Made by a program: the position numbers and the translations under genes. Positions 52,301 to 62,100 of a stretch of DNA of 64,000 nt are shown piece after piece. The first letter of the stretch is position 1. Each line of letters begins with the position of its first letter. The notes under the pieces are model-generated. The model had not been told where the DNA came from. It ran no database searches and saw only the letters and a program-made list of their open reading frames with translations. Origin of the DNA: Lytechinus pictus (Eukaryota); the NCBI RefSeq assembly GCF_037042905.1, contig NC_087252.1, positions 7,442,001 through 7,506,000 of the forward strand, written 5' to 3'.

Positions 52301-55300
52301 GACGTTGGGTTTCTTTACTGCCACTTGTTGAATGTCTCGGTGAGTATACCAGCTTGGGCTTGTGTCCAGCATCTTGAAGTGCTTTCTCGTAGTCTGGTTT
52401 GGCACTGTTGAAGATGTTTTCGCTACTGGAAATGTTGGACAGGCGGGTTTGGATGGACTGCGGTATTCTCTTGGTGACATCCGGCGAATGATTCGATTCG
52501 GCATGTACATATAGGTGGGAGTCTCCTGGTTTTGAATAAGGTCTGAACTCTTTCTTGGAGAGGTCGAATGTCACATCAAGAAAGTCGACAGTGGTTGCAT
52601 TAGCATTGGCTGTGATCTGAAGTCCGAACTCTTTGAATTTCTTGCAGAGGTCCTTTTTTATGTTCTCGGCTGCTCTAGGGGATGCATGGACAATCGCCAG
52701 GCCATCGTCTCGATATAGGCCAATGTTTGTTTTGGGGATTATGTTGCTGACTTCCGCCAGTATGTATGCGCCTACTAGTTCGCATGTCTCGGCACCGTCA
52801 TACGAGCCCATGGTGACGTCGAAGAGGCCCTCAGCGTTCGCCTTCTGCCATGTCTCATTGTTGTGGAAGAGGAGGGTGTTCTTGGCATGGAAGATGATCT
52901 CTTCCTCTGTTGGTGTTATCACGGTGAATGTTTTGGCATATCTTATGGCCTTAGTCAGTAACTTCCGGCTGATTGAGGGGTAGAAATTGACGACGTCAAA
53001 TGACAGGAATGTTGACCTGGGTCTTGTTGGTGTTCCCTTGAACCATTCTATCACTGCTGTGGTGCTTTTCCATTGATGGACATTCGTTGCTTCACGCACC
53101 TTGTCATTGATTCTCTGTAACACCTTCTTGGAGATTATACCAACTTCACTCTTGCTTGGGTTGATGAGCCTGCACGTTGGGTGGTTCCGGAAATTCTCTT
53201 TGTGGTCTTTGAGGGTGACGTATGCTGATTTCGGGGCGAGCACCTGGATCCTGTCGGATAGCTTGAGGTTGTCTGCAATCACTTTGGCCTCTATGTTCGT
53301 GTTGTGCTCAGCTTGTTGGTCTGACCTCTTGTATGCTGCGGTGACGTTGTCCTTCATCAACTTGTCGTATTCCTGAGGAGCGACCGAGTAGTAGTTGTTT
53401 GTTTTGTCTGCAGGTACCAGGATATTTCTTTCGTTGCGTATCCTTTTCAGGTCTTCCTTGAGTCTACTCTGGAGTGGTGAGCTGACTTTACGGAATCTGG
53501 TATCTTCAATTAATTTGAGCAGGTCATCCTCGAAGGGCTTCAACTGAGGTATGAATGGTGGGGACTTAGGGCTTCTGAATCCGTAAGTTTCTTTGCGGTT
53601 TGGCTCCGATTGGGGGTTTAAAAAGAAGAACGCCCGCCATCGTAGTCTTTTCGCAAATTCCTCAACTTTCTGTATAAGTCTCTTGATGTATTCGCTGTTA
53701 GACGACACTGGTATGTTCTTCGTGCTGTATTTGTGCTGTGGTTATATATGTATATAATAATTATTATATCGCCTGAATAAGGAAGGAAAAAATTGAGCTG
53801 AGCTTGTATGAGATATGGGAGGAAAGTAGAGGAAGAAACTATAATGTAACTATTCAAAAGAGCTGAGGGGAAAAATTATATGTATATATAAATTGAAAGT
53901 GGATAGGAAAGAATAATCAGTCGTTCCCCTCTTGGATGTTCAGGCCATGAGGTTGGGTGGTGCGAAGTCGTCTCATCCAGAGCTTCTCCCTGCTAGTACG
54001 GACTGAGTCAGGACGGGTACCTAAAGATTCGATGCCCTGTAGCATCATGTCAGTGATGGAGTGGTTGGGGAGGTTAAAATGGCGGCCAACTGGAGTGTCC
54101 AGCTTTGCTGTGTTGACGGTGGATCTGTGCCCATAGAATCGTTTCTTGAGTGTGGTCTTGGTTTCCCCTATGTATTGTACCCTACAAACTCTGCAAGTGA
54201 TGAGATATACAACATTAGTGGTAGTGCATGTGATGTTGCCCTTGATTTGGTGAGACAGGCTGGTAGAGTTGCTGGTGAAAGTATTGCCCTCGTGAAGGTG
54301 TATTTCGCATATGATGCACCTGTTGCTGGTGCATTTGAAGGTGCCATGCTGTATGGGAGAAGAATGGTTAGTGAGGGAGGGCACTTCAGCACGAACAATG
54401 AGGTCCCTGAGATTCGGTGGGCGTCGGTATGCTAGAAGGGGAGTATCGGGAACGGCCTGTTGGAGACGATCAGAAGTGTGTAAAATGTGGTGGTTATCAT
54501 ACAGGATTTTGCGGAGAGGGGGTAGATTGGGATGGAAGGTGGTCACAAGCGGTATTCTGTCGGTGGTCTCCTTGTCACTTTTTGGTTTGAGAACTTCAGA
54601 TCTGGGGAGAGAACGAACTTTGTTAATTGCCAGTTTTACATTTTACATTTAATAAATTTAGACAGACAAAATTCATGCTTACATCACGGGGGGAAAATGG
54701 CTCATTCAAGTAAGAATATATGATATGCTCAATGTTTTTTAATGTTTTTCAATGACAATTAGCTCAAATTGATAGACCGAATGGTTTATTCCATGTGGTA
54801 TTAGACTTAAAAGTAGACCAAGCAAAATAAACCAGACATACCTCCCATGATGTCTCCTTCATCCAGCCCTGCTCCTCATCCAATAATGTCCCGGTATAGG
54901 GTCCAAACTCCACCCCTTTCTCCATCGTATCCCTAGCAACCACCCCCTCCACCTTGTCCTCCGAGGCCACCTTGAATATGAGTCCCTTTGGAAGCTCCTG
55001 ACTGGACGATATGATGGCATTCTTTTTTAGATTGAGGGCCGAGAGAAGCTGAGGATCGGCGGCCGAGGCGTTCTGGTCCTGGGGACTTGTGCTTGGTTTA
55101 TGAGAGGATGCAGGAGCCTGCTTGCGTTGCTCTTTAGCTTGGGTTTTCTTGGAAGGTGCTGGAGCAGGTACCTCGCCTGATTGAAGAGTGATGGAAAAAT
55201 GTATTGTAATTAATCAAATTAATCATCATAATCAGGCCAGGCTATATTGGTAGAATATGGTGGAAGGGTGGGGGATCTTGGCCATCAACATAATGATCTT

Positions 55301-56653
55301 TTAAAAAAATGGCAAGGAGCTTGATTATGGCAAAATCTACACAATTTCTTTTTCTATTCCTGTTTTTTTTTTTTTGTGGTTGCCCAAGATCGGTCCCCCC
55401 AAATTTCATGTATTTTGTATTTCGTTAAAGGTTTTCAAAGAGATTGGGAGAGCATTTTGAAAATACTGTTTTTCATTATTACAGAATCTTCTCCTTCTTT
55501 GTTGTTCTTCCCCCTGTAATCGAGGATCAGCGGCTATCCGCAGGTTATTATTCACCTAATCACTCATAGGTGAATCTCTTACCATGATGTTGAGTTGTAT
55601 TGTTTGTCATCACCGGTTCTGGAGTTGTGATAGGTGGGGCAAACTCTCCGGTCAGTGCCGTAGATTTGACCCCATGACCTCTGGCACTGTACGGTGACTG
55701 CTGTCGAGTCTGCTGCATGAGATTGGGGCTTGGAAGCATTGGAGTCGACTCTGTTTTAAAAAGAAATAACAGTTTCAGAAATTTCACTTAGAAACAGCTT
55801 ACATGTAAATTAGTCCAGGGCTGTCAAGGCACAAAGCCAATGGCCTTGAATGCCCCATTGGAAAGTCTTGATGCTCCTCTCATGACCTCTTGTAAATTTT
55901 TGGTGCCTTTTTTTTTCCATATTTGCTGACATAAAGTACCCTATTAAACAGTTGCACTGCCCTTTAAGATCTGTAGAAATATACAACAATATGCAATGAT
56001 AGCACGGACATCACTTTTTCCCCTGTCCCTCATTCTTGTCTTTTACGAGTTGATATAACATCTTTCTGCATATATTATATACCGTTTATATGAAATCCAA
56101 TCCTCAAAATAGTGGAAATGTAATGAAGCGTTTTTGCATACAAGTTTTAGTATTATCACTGTTACAAGTAAATCACACTATGGTTTGTATTTACAATGAA
56201 ATAGGCCCGAGATTAAATAAGTTTACATTCAAAGAAGAATCATACCATTGCTAGCATGTGCTTGCCGAAAAAACAAATTACATCTTTTATGCAACATCGA
56301 TTCCAGATCACAAAAATTGCCCTACTTTAATTGTATACTTAGTCAACAAAAGTCCCGCAAAAACTAAGAAACAAAGAACAGCAAATTTTTGAATTTGATC
56401 AGAAGTGATTACCAGGAAACATTGATCGCAATATAGATGTATGATGCGGAGCAGGGAACGCTCTAATAGGCTGGTCCATGACAAAATCAGGTTGTTGTGA
56501 ATGCGAGGTTGTGTGGTAAGGCAAGTCCATAGGGTAAGGTGCAACATGTTGCTGATGTGGTGGTGGTGGTTGCTGTTGAGGTTGCTGATGTTGTCGACTG
56601 TCTTGTTGATCTCTTTCGGGGCAGTAGAAACCAGGAGGGTAGTTGCCTTCCAT
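43327..56653 (-). CDS. PRDM-like PR/SET + C2H2 zinc-finger protein, gene C (~782 aa); coding exons 56653-56413, 55750-55583, 55176-54842, 46171-45931, 44690-43327
   Basis: GT-AG introns with phases 1,1,0,1; total 2349 nt, open. The SET domain is split at SWE|ICN as in genes A and B. FGPYTG, NWMSHIRCA, IYFRS and ELKVFY motifs. Twelve C2H2 fingers (1+4+7). Confidence 0.87.
45231..45512 (-). mobile_element. tRNA-derived SINE (related to 28099-28450)
   Basis: A box TGGTCTAGTGG, B box GGTTCGAATCC, core ACCCAGGTGAGGTGAATGGGTAC and an (ATT)n tail. Confidence 0.85.
46389..46987 (-). mobile_element. 5'-truncated L2-type LINE fragment (RT C-terminus plus tail)
   Basis: ILSRLHYCNSL...QNRAAR...HTTPLLKEL.WLP...RIQFK...TWNAIP...FKSSLKTYLF, followed by an (ATT)n tail at ~46389-46407. 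Confidence 0.88.
47396..50476. mobile_element. 3.1-kb DNA transposon with decayed interior and 4-bp TSD ATTT (possibly Sola-like)
   Basis: ATTT|GGTCATTTTCAAAC ... GTTTGAAAATGACC|ATTT. The motif GTGAGTGACACGACA occurs about 8 times near both ends. Confidence 0.8.
50554..50592 (-). ncRNA. Degenerate minimal type I hammerhead ribozyme motif
   Basis: GCCU CCGACAA A GAUUUU-GCU-AGGAUC GAAA GCUU AGGC. Stems I and II pair, but the core deviates from CUGANGA. Confidence 0.55.
51388..51434 (-). ncRNA. Type I hammerhead ribozyme
   Basis: UUUAGUUG CUGAUGA A CCC-UCAG-GGG GAAA CAG-U-CUG UA/CAACUAAA: 8-bp stem I, intact CUGAUGA and GAAA cores, GUA cleavage triplet. Confidence 0.85.
51639..53708 (-). CDS. 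Penelope-like element reverse transcriptase + GIY-YIG endonuclease (689 aa, no in-frame stops, no ATG at the 5' end)
   Basis: ADKT, FDVVNFYPSI, MGSYDGAE, LYRDDGL and DFLDV motifs; CNC..CP..GKC linker; VIY...YIG. The frame extends upstream through YSTKNIP to the insertion junction. Confidence 0.9.
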   Translation of the reverse strand: MSSNSEYIKRLIQKVEEFAKRLRWRAFFFLNPQSEPNRKETYGFRSPKSPPFIPQLKPFEDDLLKLIEDTRFRKVSSPLQSRLKEDLKRIRNERNILVPADKTNNYYSVAPQEYDKLMKDNVTAAYKRSDQQAEHNTNIEAKVIADNLKLSDRIQVLAPKSAYVTLKDHKENFRNHPTCRLINPSKSEVGIISKKVLQRINDKVREATNVHQWKSTTAVIEWFKGTPTRPRSTFLSFDVVNFYPSISRKLLTKAIRYAKTFTVITPTEEEIIFHAKNTLLFHNNETWQKANAEGLFDVTMGSYDGAETCELVGAYILAEVSNIIPKTNIGLYRDDGLAIVHASPRAAENIKKDLCKKFKEFGLQITANANATTVDFLDVTFDLSKKEFRPYSKPGDSHLYVHAESNHSPDVTKRIPQSIQTRLSNISSSENIFNSAKPDYEKALQDAGHKPKLVYSPRHSTSGSKETQRQRKRNITWFNPPYSKHVRTNIGRKFLALVEQHFPKEHQLNKVCNRNTLKVSYSCMDNMATAIKAHNNKITDTSKDKAKDSCNCRKKEDCPIPGKCMATNVIYEAEVVTSRDRKVYIGLTSTPFKTRYANHKASITNRGKRHQTKLSEYIWRLKDEGTPYSVKWRIVRHAQPYSPKTKRCNLCLWEKYHIITAKKAAMINSRTELISTCKHKKKFLLSGYG
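53917..54633 (-). pseudogene. C-terminal GIY-YIG endonuclease fragment of the outer Penelope-like element
   Basis: RIPLVTTFHP...AYRRPPNLRDLIVR...C...C..C...NVVYLITC..C..QYIGET...RFYGHR...HF...RE..W...L....P.GLN. Confidence 0.85.
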
Positions 56654-57510
56654 GGCTCAACAAAATAGCTGAAGATAAAATTATAAAAAGAATATTCAGA
56701 ACATAACTATGATATCAATTATGAAATAATTTACCATAGACTGAGCTGACTAGGCTAGATCTAGACCTTTAGGCCCGTATTCTGAAGTCAGGTTTAAACG
56801 GTTTAACATCGACCACTGTACAACTCTGTGCTAAAATTATGGAGAGCCAAAATTTCAAAAATTCTGTCTATATTGTATACTTCTTATGTTTACTATTTTT
56901 GTTTCCTTTTGCTTTCATAATGAAGAAAAATACTTCAAAAACTTCAGTTATCATTCCAAGACAATTATGAACAATTTGGTGTCCAAGAAGTTAATATATT
57001 GGATGTGTACTGTTAGTGATTTGTGCCCCATTTGGCTCTCCATACTGAAACCACAACTTTAAACCAGGGTTTAATTTTAGTTAACAAATATTAGAATTCA
57101 ATACATGATTCTAAATAATTATTAGTATTATAATAATCATTCATAATCACATTTTAAATTTTATTATATATTTTTAATCTAAAAATTGTTAAAGATAGCA
57201 TTTTGTAGTAACATCGCTTATCGAAGGTACGTCATAACGAAGCGGTTTAAGGGTCAAGCCTATTGTGCCTTGTTTACAAATGGATCGAGGGATCTACACG
57301 AGATCGATCTGGTAAGAAACCTCTATATTTCATAATTTTACTAAAATAATTTTTTTCCCCTTCATACGCATTAGGTGTATGAAGGGTCATAGATTGAAGA
57401 AAAACAAACCGATTTCACCCTCTAAATATGGATTTCCTAGACAAATCCATCCGGGTGTGTAGCTGGTCTCGCTTATTGTTATGGCATGTATGGCAATTCA
57501 AGGCTCTGTG

Positions 57511-58769
57511 TACCTCGAGCGAAGTTCGTGCAGGCTCCACTCCACTTCACTACCGCTACACTACGCTTCACCTACCCGAACTTCGAGACCATGAACTCGA
57601 TCGGATATTCCGAGTGACAAAAGGTGGGATTTTATGGGGAGAAAATACAAAATTCATGCAACATCACGATCTTTAAAAACAAGTGCAACTAATATTCTTA
57701 CTTTACACAAAGTTTCACTTCTTTTCCATGCTTCTATCAGTCTCAAAATTGATGATTTAGAGCCAACATGAAGTTCCTCACACGTATAAATTATATTAAT
57801 GCGCTGCCGACTTCAAAACATCGCATGCGGGATCAGGTACCGGGTCTGAATCGGCAGCGAATTATTACGTGTGAGGAACTTCATGTTGGCTCTAAATCAT
57901 CAATTTTGAGACTGATAGAAGCATGGAAAAGAATAGACAGGAATAACCGTCGTTTCTGGGGATTTATTCAACAATTTCTGACATTTTACTGTAATCCCCA
58001 TTTAAAATGGTCAAAATGGCAGCCAAACTATAAAATATTTACAAACGAACGTCAACAATCACGAATGTGATATCGATATTGCTTTCGATATTATACGATC
58101 TGCTCCATATGCGAACGAAACCGAAGATAAACGATACTAGTTATACTAGTACTAGTACTAGTTATAATCGCGATATATCGATTCGAGACATTAAGTTAAT
58201 AACGATAATGACGTCATTCAAGATGGCAACTTGCAAGAAAAACCGTCAGGTCAGGTGAAAATGTCTTAGATGACAGATTTCTCAATCATCCAGAGGATTT
58301 TTTTCAATAACTCCGGCCCAAGGTATGCAATTACTTAAGTTATTTATATTTCCCTGATAATGGAAACCATGAAACTTTCAATTTTGCTTAAAAAACAGTT
58401 TTAAATCGCGATCTATAAAACGCTAGTTCACTATACGTTGGCTGTAGGTACGGGGCCCCATCCCCTTCAGTCTATGTATGGTGAGTGGAGCCAACGTAGT
58501 TCAGCGGAACAACCAAAATACAGAGACTGAAGCTTTTGCCTTTTTTGGTCTAGGAAAAGAAGTGAAACTTTGTGTAAAGTAAGAATATTAGTTGCACTTG
58601 TTTTTAAAGATCATGATGTTGCATGAATTTTGTATTTTCTCCCCATAAAATCCCACCTTTTGTCACTCGGAATATCCGATTGAGTTCATGGTCTCGAAGT
58701 TCGGGTAGGTGGAGCGTAGTGTAGCGGTAGTGAAGTGGAGTGGAGCCTGCACGAACTTCGCTCGAGGTA
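57511..58769. mobile_element. Foldback (Mutator-like) element with ~275-bp arms and 9-bp TSD
   Basis: GGCTCTGTG|TACCTCGAGCGAAGTTCG ... CGAACTTCGCTCGAGGTA|GGCTCTGTG. The right arm is split by a nested insertion. Confidence 0.92.
57934..58552. mobile_element. Nested 619-bp insertion with TAGAC...GTCTA ends and 9-bp TSD
   Basis: GGAAAAGAA at 57925-57933 and 58553-58561. Removing the insert restores the outer palindrome. Its right end matches 38203-38289. Confidence 0.88.
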
Positions 58770-58867
58770 GGCTCTGTGATGAAAAAGTACATGTCAAAAT
58801 AAATTTATTAAAAAATAGGCCATATTAGCTAATATGCCCAGCCGCCATTAATACCGCTCATCTAAGT

Positions 58868-58988
58868 AAAAAATCCGGGACGGGCGCAAAACGCACACAT
58901 ATGAACACACGGGTACAGTGCTTCGCGAAGCGAAGCACTGTACCCGTGTGTTCATATGTGTGCGTTTTGCGCCCGTCCCGGATTTTTT
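58868..58988. repeat. Perfect 59-bp-arm hairpin with a GAA triloop (GCGAAGC)
   Basis: 58868-58926 is the exact reverse complement of 58930-58988. Confidence 0.95.
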
Positions 58989-59049
58989 TTTGTTGGTAAA
59001 GCTTTACGCGGTATATATGAATCTTAATTTCACTATGACTAGTGAATAG

Positions 59050-59126
59050 GTGAGTGTGGCGCAGTGCATAATACGTAGGCATCTAAGCGTTTGTGGTTCG
59101 AACCTCAACATGGTTCTTTTTTTTTT
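59050..59126 (+). other. tRNA-like Pol III promoter remnant (A box, B box, oligo-T)
   Basis: TGGCGCAGTG at 59057, GGTTCGAACC at 59095 and T10 at 59117-59126. No convincing cloverleaf. Confidence 0.5.
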
Positions 59127-59199
59127 AGGGGATCGGGGATGTGAAGTATTTCGGTGCTATTTCTAAAGGTCGACATTCGATCGTTTTTATTGCGTATTT

Positions 59200-62100
59200 C
59201 ATGAACTTCAACAACTTTTCTATATTGCTTAAATCCGTATTTTCAGGAAATTTGTCACTCTATACTAGCACCTTAATATGCCCAACAATTTTTATATATT
59301 GCTTTATTCCGTATTTTCATGAAATTTGTCACTCTATACTAGCACCTTAATATGCCCAAAAGAATTTTGAATAAAATTTGCTTTTCCTACTTTTCTCTTT
59401 CGCTCTATCCCCCCTCAGACATTTCAATCCCCCTGTCCGCTGCTTATATACCCCCAAAAGAAAACCCCTTTTCTCGCCCTCTGGGCCAACACGAATTATT
59501 AGAATCTTGGCTTGTTCATCACTCTATACTAGCACCTTAATATGCCCAACAACTTTTCAATATTGCTTTATTCCGTATTTTCATGAAGCTTGTTACTCTA
59601 TACTAGCACCTTAATATGCCCAACAACTTTTATATATTGCTTTATTCCGTATTTTCATGAAATTTGTCACTCTATACTAGCACCTTAATATGCCCAAAAG
59701 AATTTTGATTAAAATATGCTTTCCTACTTTTCTATTTTCGCTCTATCCCCCCTCAGACATTTCAATCCCCCTGTCCGCTGCTTATATACCCCCAAAAGAA
59801 AACCCCTTTTCTCGCCCTCCGGGCCAACACGAATTATTAGAATCTTGGCTTGTTCATCACTCTATACTAGCACCTTAATATGCCCAACAACTCTTCAATA
59901 TTGCTTTATTCCGTATTTTCATGAAGCTTGTCACTCTATACTATCACCTTAATATGGCCAACAACTTTTCTATATTGCTTTATTCCGTGTATTTATGAAG
60001 TTTGTCACTCTATACTAGCACCTTAATATACCCACAGAATATTAAATTGTGTTCAAAATTTTATATATCGCTTTATTCTGTATTTTGATAAGTTTGTCAC
60101 TTTATACCAGCACCTTAATATGCCAACATTTCTGTATAGCTTTATTCTGTATATTTTGTATGCAGTCACTCTATACTGCATCAAATTAATACGGACTAAA
60201 GCAATAGAGAATTAAGAATCTTGGCTCGATCATCACTTAGTACTTTATGCCCACAAACTTTTCTTTATTCCGTATTTTGGTAAAGCTTGTCACTCTTTAT
60301 TAGCACCTTAATAATTATGCCCCCCCCAAAAAAAAAAAATATATATTATTGCGTTTCAACTTTACTATATCGGTTTTTACGTATTTTGTTGAAGTTTTTT
60401 TACTAACACCCTAATATGCCTCCCATTTTTGTTGCCTTACTTTTCCTTCGCTCTACCCCCCGCCCAGCCAGACATTTCAAACCCAGAACACTGACTTTTC
60501 CCGCCCTCCGGTCAATAGTAATTATTAGAATCTCGGTTGATTCGTCCTTATGCTCACCAAGTTTTCTCTATAAGCTTTATCCCGTATTTAGTGAAGTTTG
60601 TCACTATACTAGCACCTTAATCAATTTGCCCATCAAAAAATTCAAATTGCGTTTTAACATATGTTTTTCCTTTATTCCGTATTTGTAGCTAATCACCTTT
60701 GGAATATACATCTGTACCATTAAAAGTTCGTCTTGCTCTTTCTTGAGGAAAAAAAAAAAAAAGCTAACATTGACAAAATCCATTTATGATAGGGTGACGA
60801 TGGAAGAGTAGAAAAGATACGCAAAAATGTTGGACATAATAAGATGCCCTATATAGAGTTTAACAATTACGGAATAAAGCAATATTGCGAAGGAGGAAAA
60901 TTAAGAAACAACATAAAAATACAGCATAAAGTGAAAGTTCATGAATAAATAAAATCATGAACAGATGAAAAAAAGAAAAAAAAAGACACAGAGACACGTA
61001 ATAAAGCAATATACACCATGAAGAATGAAGACTATAAACAAACGTAACAAATTTATTTATTTATTTAAATATCTTTATACAGGATAACAAGCTCAGATTC
61101 ACTGTTTTTAAACATGGTCCTGTTAAAATGGAATAACAATATATACAAAAAGATAAAAGTGTAACTTAGGTTCTATACAAATAGTGAATGAATTCGATAT
61201 CAATAACATTAAAATCAGAATCATCACTAGTAAAACAATTGTATAAAAATAACATATTCAATTTTTGAGGAATCAATGAAATGAGAACATTTCTCTCTTG
61301 CTTTATTCCATATTTCAAGAAATTTGGGCCTGCATGTATACTAGCAACTTAATATGCCCAACTTTTCTATATTGCTTTATTCCGTGTATTTTAATATACC
61401 CACAGAATATTAAATTGTTTTCAAAATTTTCTATATCGCTTTATTCCGTATTTTGATAAGTTTGTCACTGTCTTTTTACCAGCACCTTAATATGCCAACA
61501 TTTCTGTATTGCTTTATTTTATTTTTTTTATGCAGTCACTCTATACTGCATCAAATTGATACGGACTAAAGCAATAGAGAATTAAGAATCTTGGCTCGAT
61601 CATCACTTAGTACTTTATGCCCACAAACTTTTCTTTATTACTTTATTCCGTATTTTGGTGAAGCTTAATTGTCACTCTTTATTAGCACCTAAATAATTAT
61701 GCCCCCCCCCCCCAAAAAAAAATATATATATATTATTGCGTTTCAACTTTACTATATCGGTTTTTACGTATTTTGTTGAAGTTTTTATACTAACACCCGA
61801 ATATGCCTCCCATTTTTGTTGCCTTATATACTTTTCCTTCGCTCTACCCCCCCCCCCCCCCCCCCCGCCCAGCCAGACATTTCAAACCCAGAACACCACT
61901 TTTCCCGCCCTCCGGTCAATAGTAATTATTAGAATCTCGGTTGATTCGTCGCTATGCTCACCAAGTTTCTCTATAAGCTTTATCCCGTATTTAGTGAAGT
62001 TTGTCACTATACTAGCACCTTAATCAATTTGCCCATCAAAAAAATCAAATTGCGTTTTAACATGTGTTTTTCCTTTATTCCGTATATTTGCAGCTAATCA

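Larger units (their letters stand above)
51355..53742 (-). mobile_element. Penelope-like retroelement, near full ORF, inserted in a (TA)n tract
   Basis: RT + GIY-YIG ORF and a 3' hammerhead. Candidate TSD TATATATGTA at 51345-51354 and 53743-53752. Confidence 0.88.
50481..54633 (-). mobile_element. 5'-truncated Penelope-like element (Neptune-like GIY-YIG end plus long 3' region), interrupted by a second PLE
   Basis: GIY-YIG ORF at 54633-53917. A pyrimidine-rich 3' region continues on both sides of the inner insertion and ends in a hammerhead-like motif. Candidate TSD TTTTACATTT at 47386-47395 and 54634-54643. Confidence 0.7.

Noticed and set aside
11418..56653. Naming the genes PRDM9
   Set aside because: No KRAB/SSXRD is visible, the fingers are not a homogenised 84-bp minisatellite, and catalytic tyrosines are substituted. 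Orthology cannot be assigned by eye.
57300..57430. Native exon 1 of gene C
   Set aside because: Only a weak minus-strand donor (GG|GTGAAA at ~57418) is present, and the strong donor at 57311 is on the opposite strand. There is not enough support.
57428..58792. Duplicated small protein (SSEVRAGSTPLHYRY...) on opposite strands
   Set aside because: The identity is explained by the TIR arms of the foldback element.
59200..60130. CRISPR-like repeat array
   Set aside because: The sequences between the conserved motifs are themselves repeated, the context is eukaryotic and there are no cas genes. This is a satellite.
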